Source: Raja brachyura (lineage: Eukaryota). From it: 64,000 nt of DNA. The notes beneath the pieces are model-generated. The model made no database searches. It was not told where the DNA came from and saw nothing but the letters and a program-made list of their open reading frames with translations. This document shows, one piece after another, positions 24,454 through 38,519 of this stretch (positions within the stretch are counted from its first letter, which is position 1; every line of letters starts with the position of its first letter). The stretch lies in assembly GCA_963514005.1 (NCBI GenBank), contig OY740806.1, positions 19,468,001-19,532,000 of the forward strand, in the 5' to 3' direction. Both the position numbers and the translations under genes were made by a program.

Positions 24454-25600
24454 CGTGACGTGCCCCCACTGAACAGCGCACTGCCTCTAACCCGAACAGA
24501 ACAAATAAACTTTGCCCTGTACAGATTGTGCACAGGCTACAAAACATCGCGTATAGGTTCTGTGCTGACAAGTATTTGTTTTTTTTGTGAGTCCATACTG
24601 ATATTTCCCCTCTGTTGGCTGCAGGGCGCTGGTGCATAATTGCTGTCGAACTGTTAGTTCGGTTACTGTTGATTTTCCAATTTTTAATCCTCCATGTTTT
24701 AGCTGATGTAGTGTTTACATATTTTATGCTTTTAATGATGTTTATTTATGCAGGTACCTTTCCCTCACGTACGTAAAGCTGTCTGGTTTTACTGGGTGGA
24801 TAATATAATTTACCTGTATACTCTTTGTAGACTACCAGTAAATAATGTAATATGCCTGTAGATCATTGGCTAATTAACAGGTGGACTATAGCCCATTGGC
24901 GAGCTGAGCAAATGTTTAGCAGATGAGCTGCACACTTATAACAAAAGGGGCAGTTTTACATTAAAGTTTAAGGATCCTTATCTTAGAGCAATTCTATTTC
25001 AGAAATATATCTCACTAACGTTTAGGCCCATATCGACTATCACCATAATATATAAATTGTGGAAACTAATACAATTGTATCCGTCATGTACGTTAAAGTA
25101 AATATATAACTCCTCAGTTTCCATTTGATTGTGTATTATGTGTGCACATAACCATATTTCTGCACTGGGTCCAATATACTTACAACATTTGCTGAAGGCT
25201 TTTCCAGTGACCAGAATTGATAACCAACCACAAGATAATGCGAATGACCATTTGAAAACGCATCCTGGCAAAGCCTTTTCAGCATCCTGTACTATTGGTG
25301 TCTCCAAGTTTCTGTGTTACTAGTTTATAAAAAGGGAAGCCATGTGATTGCTTAAAGCTGCAGTATCCCTTTTATTTTGTTGGCATGATGCATTTCAATG
25401 CGAAATTAAATGTAAACAATGGTACCCGTTTAAAAACTACTTCTGGCTACGTGAGATTTTGTTCTGATTTCTTTGTTGCAGAAGATGGTTGGAATAATCT
25501 TGGAGGTAATGTTAGACATCTTGCACTTCAAATGTTTGCAGATATTTTAATCGAGCTGTTATTGTTCACTTTTCATTTATTTCAAGTTGAGAGATCTCAA
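24454..25600 (+). other. Proximal 3' UTR of the IgLON gene (end not determined)
   Basis: Unique, TE-free, T-rich sequence directly after the stop codon. AATAAA at 24504-24509. Confidence 0.55.
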
Positions 25601-25839
25601 TTTGAGGGATAGACAGTATGATCAATTGCTGAGCTAGCCTCAGGCAGCAGATAATGGTGCACTTGTGTCACATGGTACACACATACCTAAGAGTTGACCC
25701 TGTCACAAGCACTAAACACGTCACAGAGCAGTTCTACTTTCATGTGAAATTCTGCTTCAGTCAACAAAGCCAAATTCTGAAAGCAGAGTACAAGGTACAA
25801 CTTCTACTGTGTCACTCGGTTAGTGCTACTTTTTCTTTT

Positions 25840-26041
25840 GGGAAGGAGATGAGGAGAAATGTATTTAGTCAGAGGGTGGTGAATCTGTGGAATTCTTTGC
25901 CACAGAAGGCTGTGGAGGCCACGTCAGTGGATATTTTTAAGGCAGAGATAGATAGATTCTCGATCAGTACAGATTTCACAGGTTATGGGGAGAAAGCAGG
26001 AGAATAGGGTTAGGAGGGAGAGATAGATCAGCCATCATTCA
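25840..26041 (+). mobile_element. CR1-like LINE 3' fragment
   Basis: KEMRRNVFSQRVVNLWNSLPQKAVEA..DIFKAEIDRF. Confidence 0.85.
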
Positions 26042-28818
26042 ATTCCACTCCATAATATGCCTGTACAAATCTGAGCTAAGTGGAGTATGTTACATTAAAA
26101 GTTTGTTCCTTTGAAGTGCTATTGTGCCATTGAGACACTGAGCAAGTTCCAGTCCTGGAGGGAAATAATTTGTTTCCAGAAGTAGGAGGTGTGGCAGTAG
26201 GTAGTTCTGTTATAATTATCCTGGAGTTGTCTTAGTGCTGCAGCATCCTTTCCAGTTTGAATGATATCAAAACTGTTAAATTGTGTAGGATTTAAACTTT
26301 CAAGTATTCAAATACACACTTGAGAAAAACACAGTAACCTCTTGCAGACTTCTGAGAAGCAATGCAATAGCTGAGACCAAGTAAAATCACTCAAAGATTA
26401 GATCGTGTCTTTTGAAATTTATTCCTGGAACTGCTGACACGTTATGAACCAGGCCCTGTCTTGAACTGCGCTGCAAATCATCCCAATTTTAAAATGTTAG
26501 GTGCAAAATCGAGATTTTGCTTTCGATGTCAAATAGTAATATATGCTATAAATTATATCAATGTATTCTGGAAGTAAAAATTAATTCTACATATTAACTT
26601 AACATTTCGGAACCATATTTTAACCCCTTACATACCTTTTTTGAACTCATAGGTGAACAGATGGAAAGTCTGGTCGCACAGAATTAGCTTTTTATGTACT
26701 TCACCAGGTTACCTTGAACCAACTGCAATATTACAGAATGCAACTGAAACTTCATAGGAATGAAGCATATGAAAACTTGTTATTAAAAACAACAACTCAT
26801 TTAATTACTTCAGATCCATGTAAAAACCTTGTCATAAACTAGTTTTTCATGAAACTCTAATCCATCTATGACTTGGCCTGTTCTATGTTATTAATCATTT
26901 CAGTTCTGAAGATGAAGGATTTTCTTTAACTTTATGACCACTGTCCTGTTTTTGTCACATATTAAAAATGGCTTGTTGCAGCAAGGAAGCAGAGCACAAT
27001 GCTGAATATTGTGAACTGCAATCGGATCAAAGCACATGTGGCATAATTGTGCCTGCAGAGTGGAGTGAAGGAAGTCATAAATAAAATGAGCAGCGTTTCC
27101 TTTTGTGGTAAGTTAATGTGGATTTTCTGCTCTTCCTGTTTTCAAAGTCACCCCACACTAAACCCTCCTTCCCTAGCAAAGACCACAACTTGAATGCCAA
27201 CTCCTCAGATTATCCAGAACAACTTTGCAATGAATGAGATTTGTACTGGCTGAGTACAGAGAGTTGCTAGTTGCCTCGCAACTTTGCCTTGCAACTGTAG
27301 AATGGTTGGGTTTCAAACCTCTCCATTTAAAGCGATATAGATGGGGATGTGTCACACTCCATGACGCCTTTAGCATCATCCTAATATTTAACTTCTGAAT
27401 AATTTCAACACTGAACAGTTAGCTCATTGTTTACCCCAAAGCAATTGGTGCAGCTCAGTTTTCAGATACCTAATGCAGGATATTTTCCTTGCCTCCACAA
27501 TGCCTGTTGTGACACGACGATATACATTCTGCAAAAAGGTGTTTCAAAAATCCCTACTCATTGGGACAGATGTGAGATTGAAGTGATGAATAGATGTTAG
27601 GGATATTGCAGGAAGTAACTATCTTTATATCAGAACGTAAATACCTTTTATAGAACTTGTTATGCTCTTGTTGTTGACATAGCTGTAAATTCCCCACATT
27701 TTTGTATAATGTTCTTTGAGGAGTGATGTAATTTGAGTAGCCCATTACCTTTTCTCAAATACGACACCTTTCAATGCAGACCCTACCAACTATAGTTTTG
27801 AAGTTTCAAGGTCATGCAAGGCTCCTTGCTTTTGTCGAGAATAAATATTTAGTTATCACTATTGGTCATTTTCAGAACTGCTTTCATCAAGGGTCTTTAA
27901 ATTTACATGGAAGCATAAGAAGACTAATTACAACTCTAAGTATTGCCAAATTCTTTATGTGCATTAGAATGAGAGAACAGCTTCAATTATTTGACATTTA
28001 GCTGGATGGATGTTGTATTTTTCTTTCCAGATGGCATGCTCCGATCTAGTTGAGGTTTATCCTCAGTTTTACTTGGAACAGCGAACAAGATCTCACTGAG
28101 AAGGAAAAACTAAGCTGACTTAGTTATTGTTTTAGTTAGAAGCATACTTGGCAAAAAAATCAACCTGCAGCAGTGGTGAAGATATCCTTGGGTTTAACAA
28201 TCCCAAATTGATGTATCAGTGAGATAGTTGCGGTCCATAATCAAATCAATGTAAAATTGCAAACACTTTATATTTTGTACTTTGCTGAAGTGCAGTGGCC
28301 ATCTGCTAACAGCTATTCTGCAACTTTAGTCATCAATAAGTTAGACAGAAAATGATAAAAAGTGCCAACTTCATAGAATGCTTACACCACAGATTGTTTC
28401 TATGCAAGAGGAATCGTGGTCAAGTGCATAGACCTACCTTTGCTCCACAGGCCTACAAATGCTTTCCACTCGGATACCTACCCAGCTTCTTAAGCTACTA
28501 TTGCCTCCACTGCTTGTGGTGCAATGCATTATAGACCCTGCTGATCATCTTCATTCTCTGTCCCTTGGTTCTTGATCTGTTTCTCTCCCACTGTGCCCAC
28601 ATGTGCCCTTCATGATTTTAACATCCTTTAACAAATCCTCCTGAAACATTGTCAGTTCCATATGCAACAGCCCCAGTCCATCCACACAACTAAATCTCAC
28701 ATCATTGGAATCACCTTAATACATTTCCTCTGCACACTCTCCAAATCCTTTACATCTTTCTCACTAGTAGCACCCACAACCAGTTATGGCTCGACCTCTG
28801 TTTTATAAAGGTCCACAT

Positions 28819-29199
28819 TAGAAACATATAACATTATAAAAAGGACTGGACAAGCTAGATGCAGGAAAAATGTTCCCAATGTTGGGCGAGTCCAGAACCA
28901 GGGGCCACAGTCTTAGAATAAAGGGGAGGTCAGTTAAGACTGAGGTGAGAAAAAACTTTTTTACCCAGAGAGTTGTGAATTTATGGAATTCCCTGCCACA
29001 GAGGGCATGGAGGCCAAATCACTGGATGGGTTCAAGAGAGAGTTGGATAGAGCTCTAGGAGCTAGTGGAGTCAAGGGATATGGGGAGAAGGCAGGCACGG
29101 GTTAAGATAGCGGACGATCAGCCATGATCACAATGAATGGCGGTGCTGGCATGAAGGGCTGAATGGCCTCCTCCTGCACCTATTTTCTATGTTTCTATG
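28819..29199 (+). mobile_element. CR1-like LINE 3' end (subfamily A)
   Basis: MFPMLGESRTRGHSLRIKG...FFTQRVVNLWNSLP; tail cctcctgcacctattttctatgtttctatg. Nearly identical to the 63122-63480 copy. Confidence 0.92.
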
Positions 29200-30734
29200 A
29201 CACCTGATTAAGTTGCTCTCACGTGCTATCCCGCTATTTACACAGTTGGGGATCCTCTTTGCTTTTGAAGCATTTTCACGACTTGCCCTGTCACATGCAG
29301 TGAACTATACAGATGTGGTCCAGATCTCTCTAGTCTTATATCCCTTTCCAAACAGTGACCTCTAATTTATATGACCTCATTCTTTCAACCAGAATTCAAC
29401 AGCATGGCGACATATCACAGCATTACAGCTCATCTTTCATGTATTCACTAAGATGGCCGTATCTTCTCATCCTTGCACTTCACTCTGCGGGCCAGAAGGT
29501 CAGACATGCCTTAGTCTCTGCTTTTTTGTCCAACCTTAGCCAGGGCAGCAATTTGACACAATACAATTGAGAGGGAAATTTAAAAAGCGATAATTCTTCA
29601 TCATTTTTATGCAGGAACCTCTGCACCAAATTTGTACGTTGTGACCACAGAATCAAGGTATGTTGGAAGTTCCTTCAAAGATTAGTTTGCTTAAAAATTG
29701 CCTCTGCCCAGATGAGGGATAGTGGTTATGTACTAGTACCACAGGAGAGCTTATGAGCCTTCTGCAGAGGAGGAGTGAAAACTATTGCGGGGATGAAGGA
29801 GAGGGGTGTCAGTGTGTGGAAACTCTGTAAAACCAATCTTCAGTTGGACAATGGAAATTCTGGACTTTTTTATTAATAGAATGGCCAAATATTTCAATGA
29901 CCACTTGACATGGCTACATGGAAGTTTCCAATAGTCTTTTGAAACTTAAATATTATTTCTAAAAATATTGTAATTTAATAATTTTTCGAGCTGTTTTTTC
30001 CATGCATGAGGTGCAGTTTGACAAATACAATCTCTCACTTTAGTGTGTGGGTCAAGCAAGATATTTGTCTTGAAAGTGCCAGCAAACTGAGTTGGCAGCC
30101 AAAATGTCTGGCCATGGATGGTGGGTCCTTCTTAACATATGGTGTTGGCCTCGTTGATATCACCAGAACCAGCTTTTAACTGCACATGAAGTTTCTATAA
30201 CTCTACCGCCAAACTGGCAGAGAAATATGTAGGGCCCAAAGGCATGAGTACATTAGCCACTCCCTTTCCTTGTGGGTTAAGGAGGAACAACAACATTGTG
30301 CAGATCGCACAAGGAAAGTTTAAGCAACATGGACTCGCCCCATTCTTCCAATTACACAATAATTATTGGCAACCAACCTGCCATTGCATATCTCAGTGCA
30401 ACCTACCTCCCCAGAATGGGTGGTAGTCATGTCAGGTACTTGAGATTAAAAGTATTCCTTAGTCTTATTTCTGGAACAGTGAGTGCGTTTTTTTAGCTCA
30501 CCCCCATGATACCACAAACATGACGGGGTATACCAGTTGGGGTCATTTCCTTGTTGGACTGTCCATTGGGAACAGATGGGTGGGGCCAGGTGCTCTCTTA
30601 GAAATGCAAGGCAATTAGAGAATGAGCCAATGTAGACTGTTTACTCTCAGTGCCTTTACTCAAGTTTATGAAGTAAAACTTGAGTAAAGGCACAGAGAGA
30701 TTCACTTGAAATTTTGAGAGACTCACTGTCCATT

Positions 30735-30945
30735 TTTACTTAGTAGGTGCTGAGTATATGGAATGAGCTGCCAGACGAGATAGTTGCGGCAGGTACTGTA
30801 ACAATATTTAACAGATGCATAGTAGGCAAGGTTTAGAGGGATGAAGACCAAATGCAGGCAAATGGGGCTAGCTTAGATGGGACATCTTAGTTGGCATGGA
30901 TGAGTTAGACTGAAGAACCTGTTTCCATGCTGTGTGACACTATGT
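30735..30945 (+). mobile_element. Decayed CR1-like 3' end (subfamily B)
   Basis: tggaatgagctgccagacgag...gaagaacctgtttccatgctgtgtgac. Confidence 0.75.
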
Positions 30946-31979
30946 GCAAAGAATCAGAAAGGGCCATGGATATCTCCCAAATTCAGATGATTAGCTCTCA
31001 GATATTTCTCTAGTTTGCCTCTCACTAATTCAGAACTACAATTTCACCTCCAGATTTCTTAGAGAAGATTCTCAAACAAATTAAATACCCAAAATTGATC
31101 AAGATATTGAGAGCAATCTGGTAAAGAATCACTCTGCTTTGAGAATGTGATGACCTCATAAATACTGTTAAGTTTATCCACACTTCAGGATGCCCCTTTG
31201 AACTTTATGTAATGGAAAGGATGATTCTGCTGGCTGAAAGAGAATTTACATAAATCACATTTTAAATGAGCGTTGGTATCTATAGAAACATACAAGTTTG
31301 GAAAGACTCGATCATAAAATCAAAGTAGACACATTAAAATTCTGGGCCAGTCTAAGTGAAGCTATGTCAGTTGCTTTACACGTCAAACATAATGGCAGCA
31401 TGGGAAACCTTGGGAATTGTAGGAATATCTCGCTGGTATGTAGTTGGAATTGTAACATTTTTGTTCAGATCCCAACCATTGACATTCACTGTACTGCTCA
31501 ATTTATAGTGTATTCTTGTGCTCATTTACAAGCTGGATGCATCTGCTACACCACAGACAACCTTTTTGATGTTTACTAATTTAGGGAATGGTTGTGCAAT
31601 GATAATGAGGATAAATTCCCTCAGAGTTTCTGAGTCTTTCTGCTGATGATACAGCATGCAGGTTAAGAAAATGGTATAGAAATTCACCCAAAACTGCAGG
31701 CTGGTCAAAAACTGGATAGGATGCTGCTGAGCAGTATAAGGTCAAGTAGCTCACTGCCTAAGGACAGATGAACCGGCAGGCTTAATGCAATAAAACTCCC
31801 TGTGGTGTTGAATACACTGATAAAAGACTTTCATAGACTTGATTTAGTTAATGCCTAAAATGGAACAGTTCATATCATATGCTTTGTAAAAAATGTATAC
31901 TGTGGCTGGGACTTTGATAGGACTGCTGCAATACATTTTGCATCTCATCAACAGAATGTCTGAATGTTTAGTCAAGATT

Positions 31980-32210
31980 AGTTTAGAGATACAGCATGGA
32001 AACAGGCTCCTCAGCCCACCGAGTCCACGCCGACTCTGGGGGCAATTTACCGAAGCACGTCTTTGGAAAGTGGGAAGAAGCCGGAGCACCCGGAGGAAAC
32101 CCACACGGTCCCAGGGAGACGAGAAAAACTCCGTACAGGCAGCACCCATAGTCAAGATGGGACCTGGGTCTCTGGCGCTGTAAGGCAGCAACTCTACCCA
32201 TGTGCTACTC
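31980..32210 (-). mobile_element. HE1/V-SINE-like SINE
   Basis: Reverse complement of the 49720-50015 element. Confidence 0.85.
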
Positions 32211-33725
32211 GGCCATCCACAGTGATTGTACATCTGTCTGGCTGAGCAATATATATGTACACCTGGCAGATGGTGAACTTTATAAGAATACATACCTGCC
32301 CTCTATCTTGATCCATTTTTTAAATGCTGATGCTCTCAATTGTCGTAAAGACCTACATGAACACCCAGTAGAGGCTGTTGTGAAATAGATAAGGACCCTT
32401 CCTTAAGTTTTCTTAAATCCACTTCCAGGTATTAATTCCATCTATCCATAGAAAAAACCTGTTACTAAAATAGTATCAAGCTGAAAATTTCCTCTGTACC
32501 CAATTTGCAGATTAATTGGTTTGAGATATTCTCTCAGGTAAAGCCATTTTTTGAATGAATAATATCCGTATCCCTTTGCAAGAAGACTTCACTATACTAT
32601 AACTCACGCATAAGTAATTCCAAGTACTGAGCCCATTCTTGTTAGCTATTAAATGTGGTCTTCATGCAGTCTATAGCACATGGACACGATCACTAGATTA
32701 GTTGTTACATTTGCTCATGTGTACACTCTGATTCACATGCACTTAGCTTGCAAAGCAGTCAGTTGAGGTGAATCACAAAACATAGTGAGGATGTAAGGAA
32801 CCACATACATGCTGTTGAATCAGCTCATGTTCAAAAAGTTCATGCTTTATTTTAAATGATTGTAATGCTCTTAACTACAAAGTGCTGGGAGCATATTTGA
32901 ACAGTAAGGGTCAAATCTCCAGGCATTTTGATCATGGTTTATAAAAGGTAACAAACAAAATAAAATATCCCTCCCACTTTAATCTGGATATCCAACATTA
33001 AATTGTGGCACATAAAAACAATTGAACAGATAATTAGGCCAGACAATAACATCAACTGATATTCCATAGAAACAATGCTAAACAGTTGTCTCAAGACCTG
33101 GCATCACCGCTCTAAGAGTAATGAGAGATTGACCCTTGCATTTTGTTGCAGATCCATTTCATCACATCTCTGGGGTGAGCCCTTAATCCTACAGCTGCAA
33201 ATTCCAGAAAGCGGGATCAGGAGACATAGGTGGAAGTGATCAGCAGGTAACAATTACAACATCTCCAAATGGAGTTTAAACCAGGGAAAGTTTATAATCA
33301 TCATGTTATTCTAGAGGAAAGCTTGTTGCCATCATCATTCTTCAGGATCATGGTGATGTACAGTGAAATCAAAGTATCTTTGTTCATTCGTGTCAAGATC
33401 AATTTCCATTATCAGCCATAGAATTGATAATGTCATTGTGGTGTTACTAGCTACGATGCAATCATAGTCCACTTAATAGTCCAGGAAATGTGACCATATT
33501 GTTCAATTTGGTTAGAACTACATTTATTTTGTATTTGGTTCACATTGTAATTTCTTTCTAAATTATTAATATTTGACAATAATATTGACAACAGAAACTT
33601 TTAGGTAAATTCATCGACTTTTGATATCTGCCAAGAATTAGTAATAACATTGATAATAGCTGCATTATTTAAACTCGGCCTAGTCATCTCTATTTTTGCT
33701 CCTCTAGATTTATTTTTTATCCTCA

Positions 33726-34110
33726 AGGGCCTGTCCCACATAAGCGACCTTTACTGGCGACTGCTGGCACCCGTGATAGGTCGCCGAAATTTTCAACATG
33801 TTGAAAATTCAGCGGCGACCAGAAAGACGCTATGACTCTTTGGTGACCTCTCACGACCATAGGAGACCTCTCACAACCTTACATGCGACCCCTGGTGACA
33901 TGTCGCGGGTGACCTCTCACGACCATAGGAGACCTCTCATGGTCATACAGCCTGTATGGTCATGAGAGGTCTCCTATGGTCGTGAGAGGCCTGCATAGAA
34001 TTGTAGCGTCTTTATGGTCGCCGCGAATTTTCAAACATGTTGAAAATTTTGGCGACCTATGACGGGTGCCGGCAGTCACGTGTAAAGATCGCGTAAGTGG
34101 GACAGGTCTT
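33726..34110. mobile_element. Palindromic MITE (PIF/Harbinger-like, tentative)
   Basis: TIRs agggcctgtcccac / gtgggacaggtctt, TCA on both flanks (33723-33725 and 34111-34113), and long internal inverted symmetry. Confidence 0.75.
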
Positions 34111-34440
34111 TCAGTGTCACTCCATCACTTCACTGATTGGTATATATTCTCATATATCCACAAACAAATGTGATTAGTCAATAGTTTGTCCACAATCTCA
34201 AAATTCTTAATCAAAATGGATGTCTAAAATTAAAATATATATAAAACTGAAGAAAAGTTTAATTTCTAGAATATTTTAAAAGCTTGAGTTTCTAAGTAGG
34301 TCTTTGAGGTTGGGTTAGTTTATTTGCAACTGGTTACAACAACCCACTATCAATACAAAATAAATACAGAAGGCAGAGAGGATAAACCATAGTTTATGGG
34401 AATGGATTGCATTCGGGATAATAAATAATGCAGAGGACAG

Positions 34441-34602
34441 TTTCAAGAGAGAGTTAGATAGAACTCTTAAAGATAGCGGAGACAAGGGATATAGGGAGAA
34501 GGCAGGAACGGGGTACTGATTGTGGATGATCAGCCATGATCACAGTGCTAGGTGTTGCTGGCTTGAAGGGCCTACTCCTGCACCTATTGTCTATTGTCTA
34601 TT
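34441..34602 (+). mobile_element. CR1-like 3' tail (subfamily A)
   Basis: Matches 7770-7930, including the ctattgt repeats. Confidence 0.85.
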
Positions 34603-36719
34603 GGTATGGGGAAATGTAGCAATAACAAAGTCATCGTCTTGAAGACATTATATGCAGATTGCACTGTATTGGATAGGTAGACAGAAGTAACAATTGGCAA
34701 GGATTATTAAGACGTTTTTAGTTTTTTCTATTGCTTATGACTTTTCCTGAACTCCATGATGTTTTATATCCAATTTTCTTCAAAAAAAGCATATCTAATC
34801 ATAAATAACGTCGCCAATCTCCTCCCTGTGTGTCATGGCTGATGCCATCAAAGAATGAATTGGTCGCTCACTTAAGTCTGGCTCAGGTAATATTTATATT
34901 CAAGTTCCACTGGGAAGACCTGAACACAGAAATTGAGAGTGATTGCAGTATAGTACCAGGAGTGCTTTGTGTAAGAAAGATCAGATGCTGGTTTACACCA
35001 AAGATAAACATAAAATGCAGGAGTAACTCAGTGGGATAAGCAGCATCTCTGGAGAGAAGGAATGGGTGACGTTTTGAGTGACCCTGTCACCCATTCCTTC
35101 TATCCAGAGATGCTGCTTGCTCCAAAAGAGCTTTGTTGTATTACAGGTATCTTTCAGATGAAATCTTACAACATGACCCCTGTCTCACTATTATTTTGAA
35201 GAAGAGCCATTTTATCCTTAACCAAAAGCATGGAAGGTGGAATATTAACTGGTCTTTATCTCAATGGTGTAATTCAGAGGAATTCCAACAATGTTTGTTT
35301 GCATTGAGTTACACGTTTGCTTGTGCCCATGTGGATTTACTACAGTGCTCCAGTTTCCTCCCTTCTCCCAAAGTCGTATAGGTCGTTAATTGCCCCTAAT
35401 ATGTTGGGGAGTGGTAGAATCTAGTAGAAGTAAAATGGGATTAATGTAGGATTAATATCAATGCACAGTTGATGGTCAGCGCGGACTTGTTGGGACACAG
35501 GTCCTGCTTCCATGCTCTATCATTCCACGACTCTACAACAATGACCATGTAAAATAAAATACAACTCTCTCAGCCAGGTAGTTCTTGTGGTTTTCATTCT
35601 CAGTCATCACCCTGAAGGTGGGGGAATTGATCTTTAAAATGTAGAGATATGCATCTGATGTATTTTTGTAGTCATTGACTCATTGTATTTCATCGTCACC
35701 TCTGTTTTGAATATCATTTGAGCAAATCGATTGTTGCATTACCCTGTTCTGCTTGTGGAAACACAGGCATGAGCTAGGAAATGGAGTTTCAGCACATTAT
35801 ATCACTGGAATATTAAGTCTGCCCAAAGTCTTGCGGATTAACTGATAATCAAAGCTCTGCAGTTGTTGGAACTAAAATTAAAGATGCCTTGCACTGTAAT
35901 ACTCCGCATCTGTGCAGCGAAAACATCATCAAGGGTCATTGACCTGAAATATTTAACTTTTTTTTCTGTCCAGAGTTGCTGTTTGACCTGCTGGGTATTT
36001 CCAGCACAATCTTTCTTTGTGCAGAAAGGAACTGCAGATGCTGGTATATACCGTCCGTCTTTGGTCCTCTTGTGGGTGTGGGCAAGTTAGCCCGATCGAC
36101 CTGTTTCCACGCTGTATGACTCTTGCCTGACTCTTGTCTGCCCTCTTTTGAAGCAGTTCCCCACTACTAATACACAAAGTATGATTTTACTTCATTTCTG
36201 CAATAGATTCGGTTGCTTGCAGACATGTACTTGCCTTTGATGCAGTTCTCCAGATGTGACAAGGAAGTAACATTAAAAACAGAAGTGCAGATGGGATTAC
36301 TTCATTCAAATTTGGTCTCTGTTGTTTATTTGCTGCTCGTGCTGAATAGAGGCTTTAGTTGGTGTTTGTTTTAACAAAGAATTAAATCAAAAGTGTCCAA
36401 ATGGTGTCAGAACAAATTCAAATCAATGTATGTTGACTATGACTGTAGGAGATAGTTTTGAGTCATCTGCACTTGGCTTGGTGCTGCCTTAGATTATTTG
36501 CGAGCAAACTTCAAGTGCAAGACAGAGCTCAAAGAAAAGGACCTGCAATCTCACCGATTCAATAGTGCTAATTATTTAATTTCACATTATCCACACCAGA
36601 AGTAATTCCACCACAACTAATTAACACATATGCAAATAAATACTTTGAGAGAAATTATACTTTGATTTTGGAATTAGTTTTACATATTTTGATTTTTGCT
36701 TAATCAATTGTGACAATAA

Positions 36720-37302
36720 TTGGGATAGTAAAGGTTTAGAGAGATATGAGGCAAACGTAGGTGAATGGGATGAGTTTAGGTAGGGCATCTCGGTTAGCAT
36801 GGACAAGTTGGGCCGAAGTGCCCGTTTCCATGCTGTGTGACTGTGACAGAAATGGCACATCAGAGACATCTTTTGCAGGTATCATAAATAGGTTTATAAA
36901 GTACTGTTTTGAAATATGTTCCCTCTTGCCCATTTTTCGTGAACAATTCATACATAAAATCATGCATAACCAAGGGTAGTTTGCACGAGCTATCATTTTC
37001 GGGTGAAATTGTGTAGGTTAGGAAATTGACCTGATCACTAAGGCATGCTATTCTTCTTTACATGTCTGTTTTGTGAGGCAAGACATTTTTACACAGAGAG
37101 TGGCAGATGCCTGTACACACTACCTGGGGAGTTGATAAAAGCAGATATGATAGCATTATCTAAGACATTCAGACAAATACATGAACAGGCAGGGAATAGA
37201 GGAATACAGACAGTATGCACTTACTGTAGATGGGATGAGTTGGATTGCCATAATGGTGGGTAGAACGAACGGTTCCTGTCTGTACTGTTCAATATTCCAT
37301 GA
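36720..37302 (+). mobile_element. Two decayed CR1-like 3' tails (about 36720-36846 and 37075-37302)
   Basis: ttgggccgaagtgcccgtttccatgctgtgtgac; ttttacacagagagtggcagatgcctg. Confidence 0.7.
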
Positions 37303-38519
37303 CTGTTGAGGTAATTTAGTGGGTTAGGCAATATCTCAGGAGAAAATGGCCACGTGACATTTTGGGGTTGTGACCTGAAACGTCACCTATCCATGTTTTC
37401 CACAGATTCAGCCCGACCCGCTGAGTTACTCCAGCACTTTGTGTCTTTTTTAGGAAACACTCAGGTCCTGCTTGAGGCATGAAAGCCACTGCCCCTCATC
37501 TTTTTGAGCATATTTTTGGTAAATTTTCTTTTTTTTGTTATGAAGGACGTTGATTCTAAAAACACCACAGATTTCACAGCAAAACGGTGAATGCACACGT
37601 TAGCTCTTTTGTTGCACATTGTACATAAAGAAACTCCAGCCCTGAGGTTTGCAAGCGTTGCATACATTTTGATAACAAACTGCATGTCAAAGACATTGTG
37701 CCCACTAAGTCATGAAGAGTAATATTTCCTAAAGACATCCGTTCACTGTCACAGAGAAGCATTCACAACAAAGTGCTCTCAGACACGTTAGTAGATAGCT
37801 TCAATTGAAGAACCATCTGTAAATTCCCCAATTTTAATCTTCGAAAACAACAGAGGAATTCATCTATGTGCTAATACACATCACCTCTCCAGCAATAATG
37901 AGAATAGAGTAGATTAATTTGTGTTCAGTTGCACTGTTGACTGGAAATGTAATTGTATGTTTCATGAAGGAGCGAGAGAAGTTTATTAAGTACTACTTAT
38001 TGCAATTTCCTGTTTAGAGCATGCCATCCCATTTTCGAAGATAATACAAATGGAACTATAGGTTTTGTAGGCTGTTTTGATGGTGAAATTAGCAGAAAAA
38101 GAGTTAGACAAGACTAATGAAATTACATGGAAATTTAAAAAAGTTTCATTTGTGATTTTTTTTTTTTTTAAGTATTACTTTAGCTGTGTTCCAACTATTA
38201 TACAGCAAAATTATTGGTACCTTGGGTGAAATGAGAGGGTGAAAATAACATTGAGCTCATGAAACTAAGTAGGGGAGGTTTTTTCTAGTAGTTTATCAGA
38301 TGCAATGCAGGCAACACCTTCTCTCTGTCCACCTGATGCATTTAGTTGTTCTCATTGAAAGTTGGGAATATTAAAAAGCATTGAACTCCTGGCAATGTTC
38401 ATGGTCACTTGGGCAGCTCGACAACTGAGGGGCAAAGCATTCACCAAGGCATCTAAAATTGATGGGCCTTTTGGCACAAGCAATAAGAGGAAGGAGAAAG
38501 AAATACAATGTACAGAGAT

